DNA of 35,539 nt from Bdellovibrionales bacterium (lineage in GTDB: Bacteria > Bdellovibrionota > Bdellovibrionia > Bdellovibrionales > UBA840): positions 1 to 35,539 of the forward strand of contig JBBKWS010000198.1 in NCBI GenBank assembly GCA_037969075.1, in the 5' to 3' direction. Position numbers and translations under genes: made by a program. Below the pieces are notes generated by a model. That model did no database searches, was not told the origin of the DNA, and worked only from the letters and a program-made list of their open reading frames with translations. This document shows, one piece after another, positions 9,898 to 22,528 of this stretch. Each line of letters starts with the position of its first letter. Positions within the stretch are counted from its first letter, which is position 1.

Positions 9898-10409
9898 TGG
9901 CAAAACCTATTATCATTGCGCGTAAATACGCAAAAGCACTTTATGACCTAGCTAAGACTGAGGGCGCACAAGAAAAAATATTGCTGCAGCTTTCTGAGTT
10001 AAAGACAGCTACGCAAACAGCAACGTTTGAATCAAAAGAACAGGTAGAAGCACTGGTTAGTCAGCTGGCATTTCATCCGCTTGTTAGTAACACGCTAAAA
10101 TTAATGGCAGATAATAACCGTTTATCGTTAGTTTCGGACCTACATGACCAGTATCAAACTCTATTAGACGATGATATGGGCGTAGTAAGAGGCGTCGTTG
10201 CCTCGGCAAATATATTAAACGCAGAGCAAAGAAAAGAAGTCGAAGTTCGTGTGAACGCTATTACAGATAAGCGCGCAATACTTTCGTATAAAGAAGAGCC
10301 AGAAATGTTGGGCGGATTTGTGGTTCATGCTGGCGCATATAAAATAGATGGTAGTTTAAAAAATCAATTAATAAAGATGAAAACCTCATTAAATAATGGA
10401 GTACACTAA
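9897..10409 (+). CDS. atpH: ATP synthase F1 delta subunit
   Basis: ARKYAKAL, MLGGFVV..G...IDGSLKNQL. Confidence 0.92.
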   Translation: MAKPIIIARKYAKALYDLAKTEGAQEKILLQLSELKTATQTATFESKEQVEALVSQLAFHPLVSNTLKLMADNNRLSLVSDLHDQYQTLLDDDMGVVRGVVASANILNAEQRKEVEVRVNAITDKRAILSYKEEPEMLGGFVVHAGAYKIDGSLKNQLIKMKTSLNNGVH

Positions 10410-11930
10410 ATGGATATTCGCGCGGACGAAATTAGTCGTGTCCTTAAAGAACAAATAAAAAAATATAACACAAATGTAGAAGTCTATGAGACGGGCACGG
10501 TGTTGTCAGTGGGAGATGGTGTGGCTCGCGTGCAAGGTCTTGCAAATGTGATGGCCGGTGAGCTGGTATCGTTTCCAGGCGATATTAAAGGTATGGCTCT
10601 TAACTTAGAGACTGACAGCGTTGGTGTGGTGATTTTTGGTGAAGATCAATACATCAAAGAAGGCGACGACGTTAAAAGAACTAAAGAGATCGTTCGAGTT
10701 GGTGTTGGTAACGAGCTACTTGGTCGTGTTGTGGATGCTCTTGGAAATCCAATTGACGGCAAGGGCGCAACAAATGCAACAAACTTTAGGGCCGTAGAAG
10801 TAAAAGCGCCGGGTATCGTAAAAAGAGCGCCAGTTAACGAGCCAATGCAAACCGGAATCAAAGCAATCGATGCCATGATACCAATTGGCCGTGGCCAAAG
10901 AGAGCTTATTATTGGCGACAGACAAACCGGAAAGACAGCGGTTGCTATTGATACGATTATTAATCAAAAAGGAAATGGCGTTAAATGTATTTACGTTGCC
11001 ATCGGACAAAAGAAATCAACGGTTGCGTTGGTTGTTGAAAAACTTCGCGCCGCTGGTGCGATGGATTATACAACAGTAGTTTCTGCAACAGCTTCAGATC
11101 AGGCGCCACTACAATATTTAGCGGCCTATACAGGTGTTACGATTGGTGAATACTTCAGAGATAACGGACAACATGCATTGATCGTTTACGATGACTTAAC
11201 AAAACATGCGCAAGCGTATCGTCAAATGTCACTACTGCTTAGACGACCTCCGGGACGTGAAGCTTATCCGGGTGACGTATTTTATCTTCACTCAAGACTA
11301 CTTGAGAGAGCGTGTAAGCTTTCACCAAAAGAGGGTGGTGGGTCGCTTACTGCGCTTCCAATTATTGAAACACAAGCGGGTGACGTTGCGGCGTACATTC
11401 CAACAAACGTAATTTCAATTACAGATGGTCAAATTTTCTTAGAATCAGATTTATTTTATAAAGGTATACGCCCGGCAGTGAACGTAGGTATTTCGGTGTC
11501 TCGTGTGGGTGGTGCAGCACAAGTGAAGGCGATGAAACAAATTGCCGGTACTATTAAGCTAGAGCTTGCGCAATTTAGAGAGCTAGAAGCGTTTTCGGCA
11601 TTCGGCTCTGATTTAGATAAGGCGACTCAGGCTCAATTGGCCAGAGGACAGCGCTTGGTTGAGGTCTTAAAACAAGATCAATATTCTCCACTATCTGTTT
11701 ATGAACAAGTTGTTGTAATTTTCGGAGCTACAAATGGCTGCTTAGATGCGGTTGAGCTTTCAGATGTAAAGCGTTGGGAAAGTGAGTTCTTAGACTATAT
11801 GAAACAAAAGCACTCGGCTGTTATGGATCAGTTGATTCAGGCTCAGGCAATTAAAGATGACATCAAAAAACTTTTATTGTCCGCCCTGCAAGAGTTTAAT
11901 ACGGTTTTTCAACCTACAACAATAAAGTAG
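10410..11930 (+). CDS. atpA: ATP synthase F1 alpha subunit
   Basis: [32 protein letters not shown]. Confidence 0.99.
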   Translation: MDIRADEISRVLKEQIKKYNTNVEVYETGTVLSVGDGVARVQGLANVMAGELVSFPGDIKGMALNLETDSVGVVIFGEDQYIKEGDDVKRTKEIVRVGVGNELLGRVVDALGNPIDGKGATNATNFRAVEVKAPGIVKRAPVNEPMQTGIKAIDAMIPIGRGQRELIIGDRQTGKTAVAIDTIINQKGNGVKCIYVAIGQKKSTVALVVEKLRAAGAMDYTTVVSATASDQAPLQYLAAYTGVTIGEYFRDNGQHALIVYDDLTKHAQAYRQMSLLLRRPPGREAYPGDVFYLHSRLLERACKLSPKEGGGSLTALPIIETQAGDVAAYIPTNVISITDGQIFLESDLFYKGIRPAVNVGISVSRVGGAAQVKAMKQIAGTIKLELAQFRELEAFSAFGSDLDKATQAQLARGQRLVEVLKQDQYSPLSVYEQVVVIFGATNGCLDAVELSDVKRWESEFLDYMKQKHSAVMDQLIQAQAIKDDIKKLLLSALQEFNTVFQPTTIK

Positions 11931-11940
11931 CGGTTAAAGT

Positions 11941-14236
<2,296 letters not shown>

Positions 14237-14248
14237 GGTAATATAAAC

Positions 14249-14656
14249 ATGTTAAAACTTACTATAGTTACACCATCAAAACGCTTACTTGTAGATGTCC
14301 CAGTTGAAGAGGTGTTTGCGCCTGCTGAACTGGGCGAGGTAAACCTTTTGCCGGGCCATGCTCCGCTTTTAACGACACTTACAACGGGTGTTTTGAAATT
14401 TAAAAAGCAAGGTGATAGTAAGCATACGCAAGTTGTAATAAGCTGGGGTTTTTGTGAAGTAATTAATGAAAAAATTAATATCTTAGCAGAGACCGCAGAA
14501 AAAGAAGAAGAGATCGATAAAGAACGCGCCAGACTTGCTTACCAAGAAGCACAAAAGCGTCTATCAGATGCCGGTCTTGGTGGAAACGAACTAGAAAAGG
14601 TTCAGCGAAAGTTAGCAAGAGCCCAAGTACGCATGGGCCTAAATCAAAATCATTAA
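14249..14656 (+). CDS. atpC: ATP synthase F1 epsilon subunit
   Basis: LTIVTP, GEVNLLPGHAPLLT, C-terminal helical hairpin. Confidence 0.95.
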   Translation: MLKLTIVTPSKRLLVDVPVEEVFAPAELGEVNLLPGHAPLLTTLTTGVLKFKKQGDSKHTQVVISWGFCEVINEKINILAETAEKEEEIDKERARLAYQEAQKRLSDAGLGGNELEKVQRKLARAQVRMGLNQNH

Positions 14657-15144
14657 TGAATCTAAATAAAGATCTATTTGAGAGATGGGATGGTAAAAAA
14701 ATAAATTACCGACTGAAATCCTTGGCTCTAAAGGTAGATCTTAGCTTTTCTTATCAGTTTGATGAGGACAGGTTTATGGCTGCGGCTAAGCTTGAGGTTA
14801 TAGCGTTAGGGAAAATTATATTTACAGAGAACAGAAGCAGTCGTTATTTTACAACGCCTAAAGCATACTGGTCAGACTTTACAGTAAATGGAAAAATTAT
14901 TAACTCGCAACCGGGTAGCTTTGACCTATGCTTATTACCATTTGCACCCGCACTGATTGGTGGAACAGCCATTACGCTATACCTGAAGGACTGGAAAACG
15001 CTTACTTTACTGCAAGAAGGATGTGATTACTGCGTTGTTGATAAAAGCACAAAGATACGTCTAACCAGTACAGACGACAAAGAGCTAAAGGCGCTGAAGT
15101 TCGACACGAAACTTAAAAAAAATATGATTCTGGAGAGGGCTTAA
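14656..15144 (+). CDS. Hypothetical protein (162 aa)
   Basis: Open frame coupled by TAATG overlaps to atpC and to the next gene; no recognised motif. Confidence 0.6.
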   Translation: MNLNKDLFERWDGKKINYRLKSLALKVDLSFSYQFDEDRFMAAAKLEVIALGKIIFTENRSSRYFTTPKAYWSDFTVNGKIINSQPGSFDLCLLPFAPALIGGTAITLYLKDWKTLTLLQEGCDYCVVDKSTKIRLTSTDDKELKALKFDTKLKKNMILERA

Positions 15145-15785
15145 TGTTTCCATACATGATTGAAATAGCCAGAAAGAAAAAAGACGTACAAAGTATTTAT
15201 TGCGTAGGCAGAAACTACTTGGAGCACATTAACGAGTTAAATAATAAGCCGACCGATGCCCCAATGATTTTTATAAAACCAAAGGGATCTATTTTATTAA
15301 CGCAGACAATGCATATCCCAAAAAATACAAATGAGCTCCACTACGAATGCGAGCTCGTTCTTAGTTTAGGAAAATCAGGCGAAAACATTTCTGAAGAGAA
15401 AGCCTTAGATTATATAGATGGAATTACTGTAGGCATTGATTTTACCGCCAGAGATCTACAGGAAATAGAAAAGAAAAGTGGTCACTCATGGACTCTGTCT
15501 AAGTGCCAAAAAGGTTTTACGGTTTTAGGTGAGTGGCAGGCCTTTGGCAAAACAGAATACAATTTTCACCTACTGGTTAACAGTGACAGAAAACAGACTG
15601 GGGATAGTAATAAAATGCGATTTAATTTCGCTAAAATAATATCGTATATTTCTAGTATGGTCCCGCTGTATGACGGAGATATAATTTATACTGGAACTCC
15701 TGCTGGTGTAAGCAAGGTTTACACTGGTGATACGTTAGAAGGATTTATTGAAGACAATAGAGTCCTGCAGTTAGGGATTGTTTGA
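15144..15785 (+). CDS. Fumarylacetoacetate hydrolase family protein
   Basis: CVGRNY..H..EL, FIKP, HYECEL, DFTARDLQ, GDIIYTGTPAGV. Confidence 0.93.
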   Translation: MFPYMIEIARKKKDVQSIYCVGRNYLEHINELNNKPTDAPMIFIKPKGSILLTQTMHIPKNTNELHYECELVLSLGKSGENISEEKALDYIDGITVGIDFTARDLQEIEKKSGHSWTLSKCQKGFTVLGEWQAFGKTEYNFHLLVNSDRKQTGDSNKMRFNFAKIISYISSMVPLYDGDIIYTGTPAGVSKVYTGDTLEGFIEDNRVLQLGIV

Positions 15786-17294
15786 CGAAGGCTGTCTAGA
15801 TAAATTTAATTCAGACATCACAATACCTTCAAGGTGCTTTGATCGTTCAAAAAAATTCACAACATAAAAATACCCATCATCTAGTATCTCTGGCCTTGAT
15901 GAGTTTATAACAATAATTTGAGATTTCAATTTAGGCGATAAGGACGAGAGTAGTTTGTGAGTTTTCGGGCTGGTGCTATGATATACTAACAAGGTATCTG
16001 TTTTAATGAGCCCTTCTATTTTATCAATTGGTATTAAACCCGTTAATTGAACTCCTTCAAATCTTTTATGCAACTTTAAAAATATAGGGTCTGCGCTAAC
16101 CACAGAAATTACTGAATTATCATTCGCCAAAAGCTTAGCCCTTAGAATGCTCAAATCAATATTCGGTTGCTTCACTTCTTCAACAGATTTTCTCCAAGGA
16201 ATTCTCTGCATAGCAGAAATGAATTCTTTTTTATTTCGCCATCGTGAAAATGGTTTTATATTAGATTTTGCTGTTTGAATCCGATTGATACTTTCGTTTA
16301 TTCGCTGTTCCGAAACCCGGCCTGACTTTACGGCATTAAGAAGTCCTTTATACGCTGAGAGTTGTGACTTTGGATTCCAGGCGACCATAATCATATCTGC
16401 CCCAGCTTCTAGAGCAAGAATAGCTCTTTCTCCAGGGTCATCGCTGATACCGGCAGCTTTCATTTCGATATCATCTGTTATAATGAGACCCTGATAAGAA
16501 ATCGTTTCACGCAGGTATTTAGTAAGTAGAGGCTTAGAGAATGTTGCGGGTAAATTACTGGGGTCAATCAAAGGAAATGATAAATGCCCCACCATTACTG
16601 CGTCTAAAAGATTATTTTTATATAAGTGGATAAAGGGCCTAGCAGCTGTTGAGGTTAATTGCTCGGCACTTAAGTTGATTGTGGGTAATGATACGTGTGA
16701 ATCCACATGTATTTTTCCGTGACCAGGAAAATGTTTACCAACTGTTAATATGCCATTGTTTTTTAATCCTTTCGCAAAAGCACTAGAAGCAGAAATTAGT
16801 TTGTTCATATCTGAAGAAAAAGACCTTGTTCCGATAAAGTCACCGTAGTTAGAAGTGGTTTGATCTAATACGGGGGCGAAATTTAAATTGAAACCATATG
16901 TGTGCATTAGATTACTTAGTGCGGATGCATAAGCGGTTATTTTTTCAGGACTTTCTTGCTTACCAACCACAGCAGCGCTTGGAGCCTTAGGATAAACCTT
17001 AATTCGATTAACAATCCCACCCTCTTGGTCTACGCCAATCATCAATGGCAAGAAACTATGTTGAATAGACCATTCGTTTAGCGATCTATTTAAAAGATAC
17101 GTTTTATAGGGCGTAGAGATATTATGCTTAAATAAAATAACTCCACCAGGGTTAATACTATTTAATTGATTTTTTGTATTTGTGGTAAGGTTCTTACCTT
17201 GGATGCCGATTATAAAAAGCTGTCCAACCTTGTCTTCAAGATTAAGTTCACCAGAATGTGCAATAAATTGAATTAATAAAATAAATACAAGCAC
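15771..17294 (-). CDS. nagZ: GH3 beta-N-acetylhexosaminidase (NagZ-like), probably exported
   Basis: VDQEGG..NR, NFAPVLD, KHFPGHG..VDSH, ITDDIEM; hydrophobic N-terminus; overlaps the FAH gene convergently by 15 bp. Confidence 0.88.
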   Translation of the reverse strand: MLVFILLIQFIAHSGELNLEDKVGQLFIIGIQGKNLTTNTKNQLNSINPGGVILFKHNISTPYKTYLLNRSLNEWSIQHSFLPLMIGVDQEGGIVNRIKVYPKAPSAAVVGKQESPEKITAYASALSNLMHTYGFNLNFAPVLDQTTSNYGDFIGTRSFSSDMNKLISASSAFAKGLKNNGILTVGKHFPGHGKIHVDSHVSLPTINLSAEQLTSTAARPFIHLYKNNLLDAVMVGHLSFPLIDPSNLPATFSKPLLTKYLRETISYQGLIITDDIEMKAAGISDDPGERAILALEAGADMIMVAWNPKSQLSAYKGLLNAVKSGRVSEQRINESINRIQTAKSNIKPFSRWRNKKEFISAMQRIPWRKSVEEVKQPNIDLSILRAKLLANDNSVISVVSADPIFLKLHKRFEGVQLTGLIPIDKIEGLIKTDTLLVYHSTSPKTHKLLSSLSPKLKSQIIVINSSRPEILDDGYFYVVNFFERSKHLEGIVMSELNLSRQPSSNNP

Positions 17295-17300
17295 ATAGAT

Positions 17301-17309
17301 ATTTTATCA
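17301..17309 (-). promoter_or_regulatory. Extended -10 promoter element for nagZ (probably leaderless)
   Basis: Minus strand TGaTAAAAT, then 6 nt, then the GTG start at 17294; no SD. Confidence 0.5.
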
Positions 17310-17312
17310 TGC

Positions 17313-20300
17313 CTATAAAAGTAAGCGAGAGAGCTGTTCTAATTCTTGTAAGATAATGGACCATTCTACAGTAGAAATTTTAATTACAAGACGATTGTCT
17401 GGCGTTAAGCGATACTTCTTATGCTGACCAACAGCCAGAGAAACCATTTTTTCTGGAGCTACAGATGTGTGTTGAGTAAAGGCAAGTGTAACAGAAGTTT
17501 TAGTGGCATTGATGTCGCGCACCCCAAGATCCTTACAGGCTCTACGAATTAACATGATTCCCATTAAATTTACAACTTCAGGCGGGAGTAAGCCAAACTG
17601 ATCTTTCAGCTCCTCTTCGATAAGCGACATGGCATGATGATCTTTTGCTTCAGACATTGCTTTGTAGTAGGCAAGCCTTGTTCTAATATCTAAAATATAC
17701 TTATCTGGAATTAATGCGGGAATTGGAATATTAATATCAGGCTCAACTTCTTCTTCTATAGACTTCTCACCCTTAGCTTCGGCAAGAGCAGATTCTAAAA
17801 GCTCTAAATAAAGATCGTAGCCAACAATATTTACGTGACCACTTTGGTCATCACCTAAAATACTTCCAGCGCCTCTTAATTCCATATCGTGACTTGCAAC
17901 TTTGAATCCGCTTCCAAGGGCGGTGTTTTCTTGTATTATTCTAAGGCGTTCTTGAGCGACCTTATCAATAACAAAATTGTTAGGAATTACTAAGTAACAG
18001 TAAGCCCTCTCTTTACTACGACCCACTCGGCCGCGTAACTGATAGAGTTGGCTTAGGCCGAATTGATGGGCATTATCGATAATCATAGTATTTGCTTTAG
18101 GGTTATCAATCCCAGATTCAATAATAGTAGTGCTTAGTAAGACATCGAACTCGTGTTTAAAAAAACCAATCATGATATTTTCAAGCTCGTTTTCATTCAT
18201 TTGACCGTGACCGACTCGTATGCGCACATCTGGTAGAAGCTCTTTTAGCTCTTGCTCCTTTAAGTAAATTCCTTGTACTCGATTGTGAACAAAATAAACC
18301 TGGCCACCGCGTGCAACCTCCGCAAGTATGGCTTTTTTTATGGTCTCATTATTATGTTTACAAACAAAAGTTCTAGTAGGCAGTCGATCTTCAGGAGGGG
18401 TAGTTATAAGACTGAGGTCTCGAATACCAACTAAACTCATATTGAGTGTGCGAGGAATGGGCGTAGCACTCATAGCAAGGGTATCTATATTAGCCTTTAA
18501 TTTTCTAATTTTTTCTTTGTGTATAACGCCAAATCGGTGCTCTTCATCGACAATTAGGAGACCAAGCTCTTGAAACTGAATATCAGCACTTAGTAGGCGG
18601 TGAGTTCCAATTAAAATATCAATCTTTCCATCTTTTAAATTTTTTATAATTTCTTTAGAATCCTTATTAGAAGTAAACCTACTTAAGGAAGCAATTTTAT
18701 AATTGAATGAGCGAAAGCGTTTCACAAATGAATCAAAATGTTGAAAGGCCAAAATGGTAGTGGGAACAAGAACAGCAACCTGTCTGTTGTCTTGCACAGC
18801 CTTAAAAGCTGCCCGAATGGCGATCTCAGTTTTACCAAACCCAACGTCTCCGCAAACCAATCTGTCCATTGGTTTTTCGGAGGTCATATCACTCATGACA
18901 TTTTCAATTACAGTTAATTGATCTTCTGTTTCATCGTAAGGAAAAGCATCTTCAAATTTATAGTATTCTTCATTTGTTTTTGAAAACGGTAGCTTAATAG
19001 CTTGTGCCCTCTGAGCATAAAGTCTTAGGAGTTCAGAGGCAACATCGCGAAGAGCGTTTTTGACTTTTATCTTGTTTTTTTCCCAAGTCTTTGTGCCAAG
19101 ACGATCTAAAAAATTTCCACCAGTATATTTTTGTATTTGATGTATTCGAAAAATAGGTAAGTATAACTTGTCATTATCTTTGTATGAAAGCTGTATCAGT
19201 TCATTGGTCACTCCGTTGAGAGTTAACTCTTTTAAGCCATCGAAAATAGCCACACCATGAGATACATGTACAACTTTGTCGCCAGGCTTAAGATCTGAAA
19301 AGTGTAATTGATCTACACGCTGCTTAAGACTACCAGCCTGCTTGATTTGTTTAGATGCTTTTTTTCCAAAAAAGAAGGTTTCGTTTAAAAAAAGCAATCG
19401 CTCTTCTTCTAAATAAAGAGGTTCTGATAAATCTTGATGAACAATGTGGACCAGTTTTTGATTAGTGTGCTGAGCTTTAATTAAATGGGAAAACTCAGAG
19501 GCCGAGTCCGTCTCTTGAAAAGAGAGGTCGTGATCTACAAATAGATGACTAATACGTTTGGATTTGGTCTCGGTATTTATGAAGAAGAAAATCTTCAGAC
19601 CTTCTTCGCGTCTAGAAGAAATCCAATTTTGGAATTTTTTTTCTTTAAACCCAATGCTTTCTTCAAAAAGCTTCTTTAATGGTAAAACGGAGGAGGTTTT
19701 TAATCGTAATGAGGCGCTACTATCATCATCGCCTAGCTCAACAAGATCCAAGGATAAACTAACGGTGGGAACCATTCCAAGTGTTTCGTCGGCAGTAAAA
19801 AACAGATCGTTAAAATCAGCAGATAAAACTTCTTTTTTAGAGGACTGAAATAAAATGGATTCTTCTTTTAGGTAGGCGTCAAGATTTCCTGCTGAGTTAA
19901 TGGTATTAAGCTGCCACGCCCGTGGTTTTGTAGTAAAAAAATCAAGAACCGAAGAAAGTTTGTCATGCTGATAAGGCAGAAAAAAATCAATTTCATGAAA
20001 ATGCGCCATGCGCGCCAACTGGGAAGTGAAGCTTTTTAAAAGCTCCGAAGGAATATCTCTGGCCTCTGCGGCCTTATGAATATTACTTAGGGTTTTTTCG
20101 AGCTTGGATTCATCATACAAAAAAGACCCTGCCGGTATAAGTAGGCAGCTATTGGTATGAGAAGTGGTGAGTTGTGTTTCTGCATCAAAAAATCGGATAG
20201 ACTCTACTGTATCTCCAAAAAGCTCAATGCGAATGGGCTCAAGATAATAAGGTGAAAAAATATCAATGATCCCGCCCTTATTTGCATAAGTGCCGACATC

Positions 20301-20792
20301 TTCGACGAGATCAACGGCCTGGTATCTAGCGGTAGATAGATCTTCAAAAAAACTAGAGGATAGCTCGGTGCCATTGCTAATTGTAATTGTATTCTTGTCT
20401 AACACAGATACAGGAAGAGTCTTTTGCGACAATGATGGCAGGGATGTAATAAAAATATCATTCAAGCCTGGTTGCATGGCATGGGCAAGAAATCTCATGT
20501 TTTCAGCGGTTCGAGCTTTGTTTGGATATAGGCCTGAAAAAGGAGAGACATCATAGCTACTAAATCGAAACGGCTGTAAATCAGACTTAAAAATAAGCAA
20601 ATCGCCTTCAAGTTTTTTTGCTAACTCATCGTTAGGTAGTATTACTAATGCCGGAGTAGAGTCTGGGGTCTTTTGCAATAAGTCTGAAACCAAAAAGGCA
20701 AACGCAGAGATCGAATCTGATCCGTAGAGGCGTATTTTGCTTTGCCAGTCATTGACGGCTAACCGGTGAAAGACGGAGAGGTTTAAAGACAT
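17313..20792 (-). CDS. mfd: Transcription-repair coupling factor Mfd
   Basis: UvrB-homology N-terminus, CarD/RID domain (VVHVSHG), DRLVCGDVGFGKTE, DEEHRFG, SATPIPRT, QLRGRVGR, TRCF domain. Confidence 0.98.
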   Translation of the reverse strand: MSLNLSVFHRLAVNDWQSKIRLYGSDSISAFAFLVSDLLQKTPDSTPALVILPNDELAKKLEGDLLIFKSDLQPFRFSSYDVSPFSGLYPNKARTAENMRFLAHAMQPGLNDIFITSLPSLSQKTLPVSVLDKNTITISNGTELSSSFFEDLSTARYQAVDLVEDVGTYANKGGIIDIFSPYYLEPIRIELFGDTVESIRFFDAETQLTTSHTNSCLLIPAGSFLYDESKLEKTLSNIHKAAEARDIPSELLKSFTSQLARMAHFHEIDFFLPYQHDKLSSVLDFFTTKPRAWQLNTINSAGNLDAYLKEESILFQSSKKEVLSADFNDLFFTADETLGMVPTVSLSLDLVELGDDDSSASLRLKTSSVLPLKKLFEESIGFKEKKFQNWISSRREEGLKIFFFINTETKSKRISHLFVDHDLSFQETDSASEFSHLIKAQHTNQKLVHIVHQDLSEPLYLEEERLLFLNETFFFGKKASKQIKQAGSLKQRVDQLHFSDLKPGDKVVHVSHGVAIFDGLKELTLNGVTNELIQLSYKDNDKLYLPIFRIHQIQKYTGGNFLDRLGTKTWEKNKIKVKNALRDVASELLRLYAQRAQAIKLPFSKTNEEYYKFEDAFPYDETEDQLTVIENVMSDMTSEKPMDRLVCGDVGFGKTEIAIRAAFKAVQDNRQVAVLVPTTILAFQHFDSFVKRFRSFNYKIASLSRFTSNKDSKEIIKNLKDGKIDILIGTHRLLSADIQFQELGLLIVDEEHRFGVIHKEKIRKLKANIDTLAMSATPIPRTLNMSLVGIRDLSLITTPPEDRLPTRTFVCKHNNETIKKAILAEVARGGQVYFVHNRVQGIYLKEQELKELLPDVRIRVGHGQMNENELENIMIGFFKHEFDVLLSTTIIESGIDNPKANTMIIDNAHQFGLSQLYQLRGRVGRSKERAYCYLVIPNNFVIDKVAQERLRIIQENTALGSGFKVASHDMELRGAGSILGDDQSGHVNIVGYDLYLELLESALAEAKGEKSIEEEVEPDINIPIPALIPDKYILDIRTRLAYYKAMSEAKDHHAMSLIEEELKDQFGLLPPEVVNLMGIMLIRRACKDLGVRDINATKTSVTLAFTQHTSVAPEKMVSLAVGQHKKYRLTPDNRLVIKISTVEWSIILQELEQLSRLLL

Positions 20793-20798
20793 AGCAGT

Positions 20799-20849
20799 GC
20801 TATAATGAATTAATACTACATTGACAATAAAATTAGTGTTTTAGATGAT
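20799..20849. promoter_or_regulatory. Symmetric bidirectional sigma70-type promoter between mfd and the membrane-protein operon
   Basis: Plus strand: TTGACA(20821-26)-17-GATGAT-6-ATG(20856). Minus strand: TTGTCA(20827-22)-17-TATAGC-6-ATG(20792). A perfect TGcTATAAT also occurs on + at 20798-20806. Confidence 0.55.
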
Positions 20850-20855
20850 GTAGGC

Positions 20856-21155
20856 ATGAATGTTTTCATAATATTTATATCATGCTTTGTACTGTGGGGC
20901 GGAGTGCTTGGAATCCCTTATCTGGTGGCAAAAAAGGTCAACCAAAAGGGTCAAGTTAAAAACAATGCCACTCAGAACATAGTGCCCACAGAAGCATATA
21001 TACACAGCTGCTTCTTATATGTGGTGATAATATATATTATATCTAACTTAATGCTTCAGATAAAAGACCCGTCAGCACAACTTGCGTTTAAATCTTTAAT
21101 AGTAATTTTATTGGTAGGCTTTAGCTATCAAACACTCAGGCTCTTTAGGAAGTAG
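20856..21155 (+). CDS. 3-TM membrane protein, highly diverged NuoA-like
   Basis: TM1, long polar loop, TM2, TM3, as in NuoA; C-terminal ILLVGFSY versus NuoA TLVWGLFY; the FDIE acidic motif is absent. Confidence 0.55.
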   Translation: MNVFIIFISCFVLWGGVLGIPYLVAKKVNQKGQVKNNATQNIVPTEAYIHSCFLYVVIIYIISNLMLQIKDPSAQLAFKSLIVILLVGFSYQTLRLFRK

Positions 21156-21156
21156 A

Positions 21157-21957
21157 ATGTATATTAGCTTGCTCACAACATTTGTTTTTTTAATCATGTC
21201 ACATGTTATTTATAAGACAGTACGATATCATGTTGAGAAAAAACTTTCATTGCGAGTGGTTAGGTTATACGACATTAGATATTTCACGGGAGAGCTTACA
21301 AGACAAATTCGCAGTTATTTTCATCGTCAGTTGAATATAAAAAACTATGTCTTGAGTGTGATCATCTTGGGTTTAACAACATTTTCGGTGTTTACGGATA
21401 TCCACTACACGCTAGAGGGTGTAAAGCTATTCAAGGTGCAGCCTTATTTTTTAATTTGTTTCATTGCCTTACTAGCAATACTTCTCTTGGAAAAAAGAGA
21501 AAAAATAAGAAGTTTATTGCACCTTAACTCCATACTTTTAGTCACAATAGCCCTTACGGGTATAGGTATAAATCAACCGTTGATAGAGAGGTCGAAAGGT
21601 GGCTTTGAAGTTCTTGTTGGGTTGATGTTTTTATTATTAGGTGGGTTTGTTGGTGTTTTAAGTAGTGAGTTTATACAAAAAGAAACGGTTAAGAACTATT
21701 ATCATAAATTGATATATAATTTTTTTCAAATTTCACTCTTTACTCATGTGTATACATACTTACTTAGAACGATTGACGATGTGTATATTAAATTGGCCCT
21801 TATATGGGGTCTTTCAGTTTTAAGCTGCCTTACTTTGACAGCAATTTTGTATGCTGCACCAATTATAAAGGCGCAAGCGTTAACACAAAAGGCATCGCGC
21901 ATGATTTTTTGGGTGCTGGTAGTGTTTCAGGCCTCATTGATATTTGGAGTTAAGTAA
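21157..21957 (+). CDS. Multi-TM membrane protein, highly diverged NuoH-like
   Basis: TM1 followed by a basic amphipathic segment; C-terminal AAPIIKAQALTQKASRMIFWVLV aligns with NuoH [23 protein letters not shown]. Confidence 0.55.
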   Translation: MYISLLTTFVFLIMSHVIYKTVRYHVEKKLSLRVVRLYDIRYFTGELTRQIRSYFHRQLNIKNYVLSVIILGLTTFSVFTDIHYTLEGVKLFKVQPYFLICFIALLAILLLEKREKIRSLLHLNSILLVTIALTGIGINQPLIERSKGGFEVLVGLMFLLLGGFVGVLSSEFIQKETVKNYYHKLIYNFFQISLFTHVYTYLLRTIDDVYIKLALIWGLSVLSCLTLTAILYAAPIIKAQALTQKASRMIFWVLVVFQASLIFGVK

Positions 21958-22304
21958 TGATAATCAGTGGTATTAGCGGAATAATTTCTGTCGGTGCTTT
22001 ATTTCTGGGTGGGCACTACATTTTAGCGTTTACCTTAACGCTATTAAATTTGATGCTTGGAATATATCTTTTGTATGGCAAGTTATTAAAATTTCAATGG
22101 TTTGAAAAGGTAGTCTTTAAAAAAGACATATATGCAATGGCTACCGCGGGAGTAATCACGGGAATAATATATGGACTTCTTTGTTATATGGGCGACAAGG
22201 AAATAGAGGTTCGTAACGCTGATCTTATGATGGTGTCAGTTTATGTGCTACTGCTGGGTCTTGTTTTTGTCGCTATAAAAATTCAAAAGGAAGAGGGCAG
22301 ATGA
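21957..22304 (+). CDS. Membrane protein, highly diverged NuoJ-like
   Basis: ISVGALFLGGHYILAFTL versus NuoJ GISALFFSLEAYFVAGVQ; DLMMVSVYVLLLGLVFVAIK versus AFEAISILLILVVVGAVALAR; TAATG coupling. Confidence 0.5.
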   Translation: MIISGISGIISVGALFLGGHYILAFTLTLLNLMLGIYLLYGKLLKFQWFEKVVFKKDIYAMATAGVITGIIYGLLCYMGDKEIEVRNADLMMVSVYVLLLGLVFVAIKIQKEEGR

Positions 22305-22528
22305 TACTATTTGCAATGCTTTTTTTCTTCAGCTTGTTTTTAAGTATAAAAAATATTACTGAAAAAAATGGGCCGTATTATGTTTGTATTACAATTACAA
22401 ATTTATGTGCATGGATTATCTTATATGCAAAGCCTAACCTGGGCAACCTACTGATGTGTACTTGTTTGGGGCTTGCGGGATTTTTAATTTATTTTATGAT
22501 GAGAACGAAACCTTATGAAGAGTCTTAA
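22301..22528 (+). CDS. Small 3-TM membrane protein, highly diverged NuoK-like
   Basis: ILFAMLFFFSLF versus NuoK ILSAALFCIGMF; size and position fit; ATGA coupling; the conserved TM glutamates are absent. Confidence 0.5.
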   Translation: MILFAMLFFFSLFLSIKNITEKNGPYYVCITITNLCAWIILYAKPNLGNLLMCTCLGLAGFLIYFMMRTKPYEES

